Assembly: GCA_054600435.1 (NCBI GenBank)
Contig: BAAIJX010000003.1
Location: 248,001-312,000 of the forward strand
DNA: 64,000 nt
Reading direction: 5' to 3'
Origin: Neophaeotheca triangularis
Lineage: Eukaryota
Positions 12,283-23,500 of the stretch are shown here, piece after piece. Both the position numbers and the translations under genes were made by a program. The notes beneath the pieces are model-generated. The model did no database searches, was not told where the DNA came from, and saw only the letters and a program-made list of their open reading frames with translations. Numbering within the stretch: position 1 is the first letter of the stretch; each line of letters opens with the position of its first letter.

Positions 12283-12807
12283 CTTGCACCGATGGGGGGA
12301 ATGTCTTTCGTTACTTGCCTGGACTTTGTGGGTGTGGAGACGCTGTTGTGGGTGGGCGTGTTGGGGAGTGCTAGCAGTCTCTCGTTGCTCCAGTGTTGGG
12401 GTTTTGACTGTCAGCTTCGTTCGACCTCTTTCTTGGGTGGCTGTCCACTTGGACCGGTGGAGGGATGTCTTTCGTTACTTGCCCGGACTTTGTGGGCGTC
12501 GAGACGCTGTCGTGGGTGGGGGTGTTGGGGAGTGCTAGCAGTCTCTCGTTGCTCCAGTGTTGGGGTTTTGACTGTCAGCTTCGTCGACTCCTTTCTTGGG
12601 TTGGCTATCCACTTGGACCGATGTCCACTTGGACCGATGGGGGGAGTCTTTCGTTACTAGCCTAGACTTTGTGGATATGGAGACGCTGTCATGGATGGGG
12701 TTGTTAGATAATGCTTTCTATCGTTGCTCCAGTGTCGGGGTTTCGACTGTCAGCTTTATCGACTGCTTTCCTGGGCAGCTATCCACTTGAACCGATGGAG
12801 GAAGTCT
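12283..12807. repeat. Degenerate tandem repeat, ~165-180 bp unit, 3 copies plus start of a 4th
   Basis: Unit cttggaccgatgg..gtctttcgttact..ggactttgtgg..gagacgctgt..tcgttgctccagtgt..gactgtcagctt recurs at ~12283, ~12448, ~12628; partial at ~12786. Confidence 0.9.
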
Positions 12808-13017
12808 CCCATCACCAGACCCCGCAGTCATGGAGATACTGTCACGTACAGAGATGTTGGGCAACTCAGACCAGGACACTGGGTCAGCACAAGCATATAA
12901 CAAACCTCAAACCGCCCTCTCAGCACCATCTCTCTCCTCTCCAAACCATTCCAACCCATCCTCCCCATCCTCTCAACCCCACACCCAACCAAACCCACCC
13001 CAACCCCCAAAGCCACC

Positions 13018-14316
13018 ATGAGGGCCGCCACACTCGCTACCCTGGCCATCGCCAGCTACGTCTCCGCCACCCCGGTGCAGATGTGCGGCGACAGCCCCTG
13101 CAACGCCAAACCCACGACCTACGCCTGCAACCCGGCGCACAGCTACCCGGGCGGCGCAACCTGCGTCTCCCACGACGGCAGCCTGACCCTCGTACAGCCA
13201 CCGGCCACGACCTACGCCTGCAACCCGGCGCACAGCTACCCGGGCGGCGCCACCTGCGTCTCCCACGGCGGCAGCCTGACTCTCATGCAGCCACCGGCCA
13301 CCAAGTCCGCCGGCTGCCCCGCCAAGACCACCGACTGCCACGACGCCCACACCACCCCTGTCGCGCCCCCCGTCGTCACCGTCCACCGCACCACTTACGT
13401 CCCGGCTCCCACTCCCCACTGCGACGGTGCTGGCAATGGCAATGGCAATGGCGGCGGTGACTGCGCCGTCCACCCGACTCCCAAGATGCCTTCCAAGTGC
13501 GGCGACGACAAGGGCTGTGCTTCCCACGTCGGTAAGCGTGATGCTGAACATGAGCCCGAGGAGGCTGATGAGTACGCCGAGGCTTACGGCGAGGATGACG
13601 ACGAGGATGACGACGACTTGTCTGGCGACGGCGAGGAGATGGACGACGGCGCCGAGTATGGCGACGACGATGGCGACGACGAGGACATGGACGATGGCGA
13701 TGACGATGGCGAGTGCGACTGCGAGGATTGCCCTTGCGACGCTGAGGTCCCTCCGCCCGCTAGATCCACTCCCCCGGCTGGAACTGCCCCTCCCGCTGAG
13801 TCCGCTCCTCCCGCTGAGACTGCCCCTCCTGCCGGCTCCGCTCCTCCCCCTGGTGCCGTCACCGTCACAAGCTGCCCCGAGGACGCGGTCGCCACCCCAC
13901 CTGCCGGCATGTCTCCCCCCGCCGAGTCCGCTCCCCCGGCCGGATCCGCTCCCCCAGGCGACATGGCACCCCCAGCCGAATCCGCGCCCCCGGCCGGCAT
14001 GGCTCCTCCCGCCGAGTCCGCGCCCCCGGCCGGATCCGCTCCCCCAGCCGACATGGCACCGCCAGCCGAGTCCGCCCCACCCGCCGAGCAGACACCCCCG
14101 GCCTACGCCAACCCGAGCCAAAGCGGCCCCTACAACGCAGGCAACAACATGCCCTCGGGCTCGATCCCGGCCGTCGTCTCGCAGACCTCCGGCGGCGCGG
14201 CGGTGCCCTCCAACAGCGCGCCCGTGGCTTACGAAGGCGCCGCGAGCAGCGTCGGCATCAACGGCGCGTTGGCGTTCGCGCTTGCCGTTGTCGGTGGTGG
14301 GGCCATGGTTTTGTAG
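13018..14316 (+). CDS. Secreted, probably GPI-anchored cell-wall protein with Cys-rich repeats, acidic tract and PPAxSA hexapeptide repeats
   Basis: Signal peptide MRAATLATLAIASYVSA; 31-aa repeat x2 (93-bp period at 13114/13207); D/E tract; C-terminal YEGAASS plus hydrophobic tail. Confidence 0.88.
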   Translation: MRAATLATLAIASYVSATPVQMCGDSPCNAKPTTYACNPAHSYPGGATCVSHDGSLTLVQPPATTYACNPAHSYPGGATCVSHGGSLTLMQPPATKSAGCPAKTTDCHDAHTTPVAPPVVTVHRTTYVPAPTPHCDGAGNGNGNGGGDCAVHPTPKMPSKCGDDKGCASHVGKRDAEHEPEEADEYAEAYGEDDDEDDDDLSGDGEEMDDGAEYGDDDGDDEDMDDGDDDGECDCEDCPCDAEVPPPARSTPPAGTAPPAESAPPAETAPPAGSAPPPGAVTVTSCPEDAVATPPAGMSPPAESAPPAGSAPPGDMAPPAESAPPAGMAPPAESAPPAGSAPPADMAPPAESAPPAEQTPPAYANPSQSGPYNAGNNMPSGSIPAVVSQTSGGAAVPSNSAPVAYEGAASSVGINGALAFALAVVGGGAMVL

Positions 14317-15053
14317 ACGATCCGCAGACCGGACTCGGCTTGCCTTGCCTTGCCTAGTGGCTTTGTGCTGATGGCTTGTGTTGATGTTGTGGTGGTGGTA
14401 ATGGGATGAGAAGATGAGTTGTGATTGTGGGATTTGGACGGAGAAGAAAATTCTAGATAGGGAAGAGTATCACTTTGACCTTTTTTGGACCGAATTTGTT
14501 TTGTTTTTTCTTTTCTCCATCCAGTGATTTCTTCCTCGGTGTCTCTACAATGACCGGTTTCGTTGGCTTCGTGGTCATGTTACTCAGTATACCGGGATTG
14601 ACTCCGTGCGCGTTGCGGTTGCACCATGGGGTGCTGGATGATTTGATCGATTGAGCGCGATGAATTTAGAGATGCTGTGCGCTACCATTCCGCTAGGCGA
14701 CGGAAGGAGCTTTGCATGTAGGTGCGCGAATGCGTTCAAATCAGAAGCCTTCCAGTAGCGTCATCAGGTGTTTGTGCAGCAAAGAGGTTCCTTACAATCT
14801 AGATGTCACAAACAGATGGGTATCTATGCTCGTAACGCACATCAAAACTCCAGAGTCCCGCCTTTTAGATCCAAAGGCAGGCCAAGGACATACTTGCCGC
14901 TGCCAAACTATGCAGACATCGAACATACGACCGGCCAATTGACGTCTTGAGAAAACCAACAACGGACTTCCGTCTTTGCTCAAGCCAGTCAAGAACCCTG
15001 CACAGAAGGCCTATACAATTCGCGTTCCACAGTAGCATTTTCCGTAATCATGT

Positions 15054-16982
15054 TCACGCGGTTCCATCCTCGTAGTCGCCAAAGAAAATCACAAGCACGG
15101 AGAGATCGTCCCTGAATTTCGCACTGTGCGGTGGACGCATGCTCATGATGCCCGTGAACAAATCGTGCCGATTGCCGCCAAGAGCGTTTCGCACGAGATG
15201 CGTACTGCAGTTGCCGTCAGCCGGGTCGACGATGAAGTGCTCGGGGCTGACGGTCCAGCGCGGGCCGTTGGGAGTTGGGTGAACGTCTGTTTCAACGGAA
15301 TGGCGGCTTAAGGGGACGGCAGCGGTTTCGTCGGGATTTCGTTTGCCGGCTCGGCGTCTAAAGGATTTGAAGATTAAATCTTCGTTGCGTATGTCGTCCC
15401 AGACGGTTTTGACCCATTTGAATGGGTTCCTGATGGAATCGAGTTTCTCGTGAATTTGACGAGCGCGTGCAAGCTCTTCGCTGGAGTAATTTTGTTGAAG
15501 CCAGAGGTCTACTAGTTTCACGGCGTCTTCGCTTTTAACGTGGTCCCAGAATTCCTTTGTAGCGATTATCAGAAAATTGGGATTTTTGGGGTCTTTTTCA
15601 TGCGGTGGCAGCTGCTGCTCGAAGACTTCAGGCTCCGCGGTCACGTAAGGGGGTGATGTAATGGCACCGTTGGGGCTGAAGGCCGAACCCCAGAATGTTT
15701 CGCTGGCGAGCCGAGTGAGGGACTCGGGCCACTTCCAGCGTGCATAGCCAAATGCACGGGTAGCGGTGTCGCTGATAAGAAGTCAGTATCAAGGCAACGG
15801 AATAGATATGAGGGACTGTTGTCGAATTGAAGCGGGTGATCGGCTGGGAATGCTGAATTCACTAAGGCCTGCGAAGACGTACCCGGGAAGCCGTCCTGTT
15901 TCTGGGTTCAGAACGTCCTCGTTGGAATGCTCCTTCTTGAAACGTGCTATTGCGTCTTTGTCGAAGGCAGTCTGGTCAGGGGACATTCGCTGCGTTTCGT
16001 AGCTACCACTCTGTGCATTCCAGCAACCGAGAACAGCTTGGCCATCTCCCAAGCGTGCTACGCGAAGCGCCCTTGTCCCAGAGTTGTACATGGCGTAGAT
16101 GGCACTTGAGCCGGTGGCAGCGTATGCCAGATCTGCTATGACATGATTACGAGTCGCAGACCTAGCTTCGATCGCTGCTTTCGCGCGCTCGAGTTCAATG
16201 GAGTCGAAGTCGACGAAAGCTTTCTTCATCAAGCCTGCGACTTCTTGGTTATTATGAGTATAAGGACGACTCGAGAGTTCGGTGGTGATAAGACGTTCAG
16301 CGATGAAGGTTGGGAAGGACCTCGAAAGAGTGTGAGCCGTCTCTGGGCCTCCGTGACCTGCGAATAACGACCAAGAAGTCCTGCAGATGAGCCATTAGCT
16401 TCCTACATCGGTGGTGTCGGACTTGTCTATACCGTACCAAGATGAGGGACCATGGAAGACGGCCATCGATGTTACATGGTGCGGGGGGTTGTTTGCGGGC
16501 AAATGACATTGATGCGTCCAGGAGAGACTGTCGGCAGCGGAGGCAGATCGATCAGCCAATTCCTGGCAGGCGGATTCCAGGGTTACCAATTCGTGTTGTA
16601 GCTGCGACGTGGATTGCGCGGCCTGGGCTGCTTGGGCTGCTTGCACGCCATTGTATACTTGGAGGCAAAAGGCACCAAAGGTGATGGCGATGCCACCCAG
16701 GACGATTTTTCTCACGGAGAAGATCCTCTTAAGGTTCCTCTTGGGGTTCCTCTTGGGGCCTTGCTGGTGGTCTTGTCGCTGCTCCGGCCTTTGAAAATAG
16801 GTCGGAAGAGGTTCGTCTTCACGCGAGTCTTTTGGGCGATACGCATAGCCACGAGTGGGACGCAGACTCGTCCGCTTTGAGACATACAGCGGTATTCCGT
16901 AATGGGAAACGATTGATAGTGACTCGTGACAGCATTGTGGGTGCCACTGGTACTGTCGAAGCATGCGAATGATACCTCCCAT
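15054..16982 (-). CDS. PP2C-family (PTC5/pyruvate dehydrogenase phosphatase-like) protein with degenerate catalytic motifs; exons ~16982-16438, 16380-15883, 15771-15054
   Basis: Introns GTACGG...GCTAAT...CAG (16437-16381) and GTACGT...CTGAC...CAG (15882-15772) join three ORFs in frame. Motifs KKAFVDFD, GDGQAVLG, TRAFG.ARWKW, PPYVTAEPEV, NCSTHLVRNALGG, FRDDLSVLVIFF. Start codon uncertain. Confidence 0.82.
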
Positions 16983-17284
16983 TCGAAGTTTATACAGTAT
17001 ATCTTATCAGTACAGTACGATCGCGCTAACGGCTTGGCGTCTAGGTCTGGGTCTGGTCAGGAGAGGCAAAAGAAAGTCTCGGATCAAGTCTACTACCCTA
17101 CTACCTCCTACACCTTTGATCTGTACTTCATAATACATCACCAGCACACTTCTTTTTCTGCTCCTCCTCCTCCTCCTCATCAGTCGCTCTTTACTACCTG
17201 TACTGTAATACTAGTCAAAAGGTTCCGGAAGTAGACGCTATCCCGCTCATTCCCCTTTTCAATCCACCTCTCTCTTCTTGAGCG

Positions 17285-19438
17285 ATGCTCAAAGCCTTTG
17301 CGAGATGTTCATCATCTCTGCCCCGATCGACCGCTCTCCTCCCCAGCTTGAACTCTACCATTCCACGCCACCTCGCTGCTAGTCGCATAGTAACTCGGAG
17401 CGCCCCTAGGATATTGGTCGCTTCCCGTGGCCTCCATCAGACTCGCGCTCGCCTTCAAGATGCCGCTGGGGCCGCGCAAGGGGAGGAGGCAGAGGCACGC
17501 ACTGTCGATGCCCCAATTACAAAATTCGAAGAGCTAGGATCAAGGGGTATCATCCATCCCAACATCGTCAACACTCTCACCAAGAATATGGGCATGGAGA
17601 CAATGACCGAGGTGCAATCGGCCACGATTAATCAAGCGCTGAAGGGCAACGACATCATTGCGCAAGCAAAGACGGGAACAGGAAAGACTTTGGCGTTCCT
17701 GCTGCCGATTCTGCAGAACATCATCTCCAGGGACCCAGAACTGGCTCAGCGGTCTTTCTCAAGGAAAGGGCCAAGGACTACCGCCGACGACATTAGAGCT
17801 CTTATTGTGTCACCAACTCGCGAGCTTGCTGAACAGATCGCCGAGGAGGCTCGTAAAATCACAAAAGGGACCAGTGTCATCGTACAGGCAGCTGTAGGCG
17901 GCACTCAGAAGAGCGCAGGTCTACGTGCCATTCAGCGCGATGGCTGTCATATCCTTGTCGGTACCCCTGGTCGCCTAAAGGATATTCTCACGGACCCATA
18001 CTCCAAGGTCCAAGCACCCGATCTTTCCGCGCTCGTCTTCGACGAAGCAGACCGTCTGCTCGACCAAGGCTTCTGGCCTGCGATTCAAGAGATCATGCAG
18101 CTCCTGCCAACAACAGCCGAAACGGACAGACAGACGATGATGTTTTCTGCCACTGTGCCTAGAGAGGTTGTCAAGATCGTCAGGTCCACCCTCAAGCCCG
18201 GCTTCGACTTCGTCCGTACAGTTCGTGAAGATGAAGAGCCTACTCACGCCCGCGTGCCCCAACGCATGGTTACTGTCAATGGCTTCGAAAACTCCATTCC
18301 TGCCATGATCGAGCTCTGCCAACGCGAGATCAAAGCCTCTCAAGAGCCTGGCGCCCGGCCCTTCAAAGCAATCGTTTACTTCAACAGCACTGCCGAAGTC
18401 GCCCTCGCCCGCTCCGCTCTCCGAAACCTCAAAACCCCCACCGACTCCGAAACCGACCCCTCAGCCTTCAGAAACCGTCCCCGTCATCCCCTAGCTCCGG
18501 CCCGCATTTACGATATTCATGCCCGTCTCTCGCAAAATCAGCGTACGAACGCTGCCGAATTCTTCCGCAAGTGCGACTCCGGTATTCTGCTTTCCTCCGA
18601 CGTCACAGCTCGCGGCATGGACTTCCCCAACGTTACTCACGTCATCCAGATGGGCCTTCCATCCAGCCGCGAACAATACATCCACCGCCTCGGCCGCACG
18701 GCACGCGCGGGCAAAGAGGGCGAAGGCTGGCTCGTGCTGTCGCAAGTCGAGGCAGCCGAAGTGCGCAACCGCCTGCCCAAGCTGCCCCTGCAGCCCGACC
18801 AATCGCTCGAGACGGCCGGTCTGGACCTCAGCCGCGCCGGCCAAATCCCGGCCAACGCCGCCGAGATCCTCAAGATGGCGCAGACGTCGATGATGGAAGT
18901 GCCTCGCGAGGAGAAGTTCAAGGTCTACCAAGCGCTACTCGGTGTCTTCGGCTGGTTCCCGCGGAAAGCTCTGCTCGTGCAGGCTATGAACGACCTGGCC
19001 ATGTATGGCTGGGGTTTGAAAGAGCCACCGATGATTGCGCGGGGGCTGGCGACGAAGCTGGGGCTCGCGCGCATTCAGGGCGTTAGGATTGGTGTGGATC
19101 CTGGCCTTATGGAGGGTAGGGATAGGGAGGATGAGGGAAGAGGCGGCATGGGGATGCGTGGTCCTCCCAGGGGTCGGGAAGATAGGTTTGCTGGAAGGAG
19201 CGGCGGCGGTGGTGGGTTTGGTGGTTCGAGAGATGCTTATGGCGGTAGTTCGAGGGGCGGCTTCGGCGGGAGAGAGAACAGGGGCGGATACGGCGGTGGA
19301 CGCGAGAGGGATGGTGGCTTTGGCGGCCGTGAGAGGGAAGGTGGGTACGGGGGTGGCCGTGGTGAGAGGGGTGGTTTCGGCGGCCGAGGAGGCGATAGGA
19401 GAGGCGGGAGGGAGCGCATCGACGACCCATTTGCTTAA
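17285..19438 (+). CDS. MSS116: Mitochondrial DEAD-box RNA helicase (MSS116/CYT-19 family)
   Basis: Presequence-like N-terminus; AKTGTGKT, PTRELA, GTPGRL, DEAD, SAT, ARGMDFPNVTHVIQ, YIHRLGRTAR; RGG-rich C-terminal tail. Confidence 0.9.
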   Translation: MLKAFARCSSSLPRSTALLPSLNSTIPRHLAASRIVTRSAPRILVASRGLHQTRARLQDAAGAAQGEEAEARTVDAPITKFEELGSRGIIHPNIVNTLTKNMGMETMTEVQSATINQALKGNDIIAQAKTGTGKTLAFLLPILQNIISRDPELAQRSFSRKGPRTTADDIRALIVSPTRELAEQIAEEARKITKGTSVIVQAAVGGTQKSAGLRAIQRDGCHILVGTPGRLKDILTDPYSKVQAPDLSALVFDEADRLLDQGFWPAIQEIMQLLPTTAETDRQTMMFSATVPREVVKIVRSTLKPGFDFVRTVREDEEPTHARVPQRMVTVNGFENSIPAMIELCQREIKASQEPGARPFKAIVYFNSTAEVALARSALRNLKTPTDSETDPSAFRNRPRHPLAPARIYDIHARLSQNQRTNAAEFFRKCDSGILLSSDVTARGMDFPNVTHVIQMGLPSSREQYIHRLGRTARAGKEGEGWLVLSQVEAAEVRNRLPKLPLQPDQSLETAGLDLSRAGQIPANAAEILKMAQTSMMEVPREEKFKVYQALLGVFGWFPRKALLVQAMNDLAMYGWGLKEPPMIARGLATKLGLARIQGVRIGVDPGLMEGRDREDEGRGGMGMRGPPRGREDRFAGRSGGGGGFGGSRDAYGGSSRGGFGGRENRGGYGGGRERDGGFGGREREGGYGGGRGERGGFGGRGGDRRGGRERIDDPFA

Positions 19439-19812
19439 AGGGTAAGGGAATCTTTGGCTTTTGAACAGCATTGCATTGCGTTGGCGTTTGTGTACTATAT
19501 CTATGGGCGACTTGAAGGGGCTGATGGTAAAAGGGCCGGCGCGCCCGACTGTTCTGATATGTACTGATACCGCTTCCCGCGACACTTGTAACGGCCTCGT
19601 GTATTCTATATAGATTCTCTACACTCTCGAGCTAGCGACGCGACGCGCATCGAGCATGTACATCGCGACCCAGAACCTGCGAGAGTGCAGACATCAAAAG
19701 CAAGCAGACATCACTTTTAACCGAACCAGCACCACCACCACCAACTTTTCGCAGAACCAGCGCGCTTCAAACGAAACAGCAAAGCGATGCCCATCTACCG
19801 GTCTCAAAAACC

Positions 19813-20572
19813 TCACTCCGCGCCCCTCTCCCCAACGATTCTAGCGACCCTCCTGACGACCCTTTCAGTCCGCTCCAAATCCGCCTCAACGCTCTCACCT
19901 TGCTCGTCCAGTCCGTTCGACGGCGCCGCTTCTCCCCCCTCGTCGGCTCCCCCGACCCCCCAAATCTCCCGCACCTGCTGCGAGTACCCCAGCGACTGAT
20001 GGGAAGAATCCACGTCGCTAGAGCTATGGTGATGATCGTGCCTGGCTGCCACAGCGTTCTTGCCGCTTTCGAGGAGGGCGGCTAGGCGGGTTTTGTCTTT
20101 GGTGAATTGGGTGCGGAGGTCGGTGGGAGTGGGGGTTGGGGCTCTTGGGTTTGAGTTTGAGGTTGAGGTTGATGTTGTTGACGGGGCGTTGGCGCTTGCG
20201 GCGTGGTTGGTGCGGTCGTAGAGTTGGAGCAGGAGGTTGGCTGTTTGGAGGATTTTGGTGGTTTTCGGGTTGGTTGATGTTGGGTTGCGGGTTTTGGTGT
20301 TGCTGCTGTCGATGGTTGAGGTTGTGTGTTGAGCTAAGAGCGCTGGGATGGGGGCTGCGAGGCTTTAGGAAGGTTAGTTGGTATGCTTGGTTTGCTGGTT
20401 GTGAGGGTGGTTTAGGGGCTTACAGTTCTTCGTGGTGCTTTTGCATCGAGGCGCGGAGCTCATCGAGAGGGAGGTTTTCGTAGTCGGAGAGCCAGGCGGG
20501 TTGCTTAGAGCGTTTGAGGGCGGCTTCGCTCTGCAGGCGGCCGGTGTCTTCGGCTGAGTCGGAGGAGGCCAT
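19813..20572 (-). CDS. Hypothetical protein; exons 20572-20424 and 20362-19813
   Basis: ATG at 20572 (MASSDSAEDTGRLQSEAALKR). Intron GTAAGC...ACTAAC...AAG (20423-20363) splices in frame with ORF 19813..20052. No recognisable domain. Confidence 0.6.
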
Positions 20573-23500
20573 TGTGGTGTTGTGCTTGGACGGAATGATT
20601 GAGACGGCCGCTAGCGGCTGACTTATCGAGTTGGGATGGAAGGGCTTGGAGTATTGGCCGGGCCGAGATGAGGTGTGCAGTCTGAAACAGTGAAGCAGAA
20701 GGAAGACGAGTTGTTCACAAAAGGTGAGGTGAGGTCGACGTCTTGCGAGATGAGGTTAAGATTAGGTTTTGAAGCCTGAACGAAGGGAAGTTGCGACTTC
20801 TAGCATTGCGCTTGCCTCGACTTGTTCCTTCCTGGTCGTGTCATGATACCAGCTATATGCACCGCATTGCGGTTCTTCCTGCCCTCCCCCCAAATCTCTA
20901 TTACTGCCATATGACCATGGATCAGTAGCATACAATTCCCAACCTCACCAGCATAACCCAGCTAAGCCGCGCCCATCTTTCGACCAGCACGCCCTGCCTA
21001 GTCAGTCGTTGAGACTCAATTAAAGATTAGGGGCAGCAAAGTCAACATGAGCAGGGAAAGCAGCGAAAAGGTACCATGACAGCGACAAAGATTTCGTGTC
21101 TCACCTTGCTGTTACAGTACCTGCAGTGCCTGTAGTATTTCCGCTACAGCGTCATTTCCCATCTTCCTGAAACTTTGGGGCATGCCATGCAGGCCGTCTC
21201 ATCGCCTTTTGCGCCTGTGGAATGGCAGCACTCGATGGCCAGACGACAATCATGATCTGCTTATTCTCCATGAGTCGAGAATCTCTGCTTCGGCTGATTC
21301 TCGTTTCCTGTGCTCTTCCCAAAGCCGCTGGTTACCAATGGGTGAACACTAAGAGTAGCGGTGCACAGAGCCGAAGTGGGGTCTGGGAAGAAGGATTGAA
21401 GGCATCTGCAGCAGTGCAGCTTGAGCTCGTGGTCTCTCGACCGTTGCACAAAGATGAACGCGAAGGGGAGATGGCGAGGTGGCTGCATTGCAAGTCCTCA
21501 ACCCAGTAGCCCAGCTATGAGCTGCACCCCGCAATGGGTTGCATTGGTAGTTGTATCGCCATGTGGTGTTTGCAGAAGCGTAGGAGGTAGTGCACTGTTC
21601 GATAGCAAGGTAGTGGGCTTTTGTGGTTGCTGTAGTGCAAGATAAGCTCCAGGTTGGCTGGTTTGATCACGCGGTGGTCTTTGTCCTGTTCACATAGCGG
21701 CGATGTTAATAGGATGGGAAATATTCGACCGGCTCGTTATCCTGTCAGCACTTCAGCGTAGCGGCAAGTATTGTCTCGGTACCCAATAGTAGAAGATCCA
21801 GGTGCCTTTCAATATTGGATGAGAGGGCGGGACGTGAGCTCCTCCTTCGAACTGCTCGCTTGTTGCCGCTTACCCCAGCCATGATAGCCGTGTAGGCGTG
21901 TAGGCGTGAGCCAACGCTTCCTTGCACTTGGCGATATGATGTAGGTAGGCCACAAGTGACCCAATGGCAGAGCTCGGAGCGTTCCTCTTACCTCGACGAA
22001 GGATTGCGGGCAGGACTAGCTTCTCCGCGTTTTTGAGTCGGTGCATGCCGGTGGCGTCTCGACTCTCAACATCTTGCGGGTCTGTGGACGTTGACCTTGT
22101 GCCTCAAGAGCGTCGGAACATGCCCTGAGGATCGGATCGGATCCCTTTAAGCTCACAAGCTGTGCCGCGAGGCCGTGGCGAAGGGTGTCACAATCGAGCC
22201 GACTGTGTCCATTCTTGTGCTTTCCACTGGGCTACCTCCTACAACATGGTGCCACGTGGGCCCGATGGGGGATCGCGCTCGCGTGGGAATATGTGGGCTT
22301 GAGTTGGCCGGCTTCCATTCTCTGCCGTGGCTTTTTACTACCTATACCTAGTCTTCGACGAAGCTATTCTTGTTATGCGCATGTGGCTAAGATGGATGCT
22401 AGGAGTCAATGGCATATACCTCCTACTACCTACCTACCTCTTGCCTAGGTCTTGCCCCGCTGTCTGCTTTGCTCATCACGGCTACCACGTGCCGTCTGGG
22501 AGGGTACCAGACTACCTAGTACCAGTGTATCACTGATCTGCATGGTGCCGGTGCGTGTTGTAGCTCTTGCGACACCTTCGTACTCGGTACAGATGGAACA
22601 AACTAGGCAGCCAGAGCTGCAGCCGGCAGGCTGAAGTCTCATGGCATCGCGCAAACACCTGTCACGGCAAGCACAGAGGGTGGCATGTCTACTTGCGTGA
22701 TTGGTTCCACGCCGACGGAACATTCAGGCATGGCAGTGCGCTCGCGTGACAGCAGCAAGCCGTTGCAGGCATTATTCATATTATTATTATTGATTGATTC
22801 GAACTGCTCCTTCTCCGCATTTCTCAAGCAGCCCCTGATCGCTGGGTCGGCCTGCCAGACGATACTACTTATGTAGCTGCTTGTCTTCGCACTGCTGCCG
22901 CTGTCGAGAGATTATCTCATTGTCCATGAAATAAATCTCAAGCTTGTCCGTCCAGCAAGAAGAGCAACCTTGGGACGTTGGACGCAACCTCCAGCCCAAC
23001 TAAGGTACCTTGTATTTGCTTGTGCCAGAAACCCCACAGAACCCGAACGCTTCGGCTTTCGGGATACCACAAAAGAAGAAAAGGCGCGAGTGAGAGTTTG
23101 GTACGCTGAAGACAGAGGAAGTTGCCAACTTTTTGCCACTGGTCTACCTAACAGTCCGAGTCTAGGCGCGCAGGCCCGATCCCCACCACCAACCGCGTTT
23201 TGAGAACCGTGCCCTAATAAGGCGTGGCTCAACTCCTACTACGGGCTAGGTACTCCCTAGACCAACGCGACTTGACGCTGTGAGCTGCATCATCATCATC
23301 CTCCCGCGACATCTCAAAAACATTCAGCGTCGACCACAACTTAGTCGCCTGCATAACCACCCATCTCAGACGAAATTTTGCCGTTGTGGAGTTATCCATC
23401 GTTGTTGACCAGACAGACTCGGACTCGGACTCGCTCGACTACTATCTACGGCTGACGTCGGAACAAGGCTGGCAGCTACACAGCAGACTTTAACCCCACA

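Noticed and set aside
11707..12660. 317-aa ORF running through the promoter repeat
   Set aside because: Its repeated peptide simply follows the DNA repeat, and later copies shift frame. Not protein-like.
12283..12807. Repeat array considered as CRISPR-like
   Set aside because: Units are contiguous long degenerate copies with no unique spacers, no cas genes, and a eukaryotic context.
12973..14121. 382-aa antisense ORF, and similar long antisense/overlapping ORFs over SNF1, MSS116, CCT3 and the PARP-E2 gene
   Set aside because: Shadows of GC-rich, codon-biased genes on the opposite strand or frame; no motifs of their own.
15054..16982. PP2C locus as a frameshifted pseudogene
   Set aside because: Two canonical introns join the fragments with no stop or frameshift.
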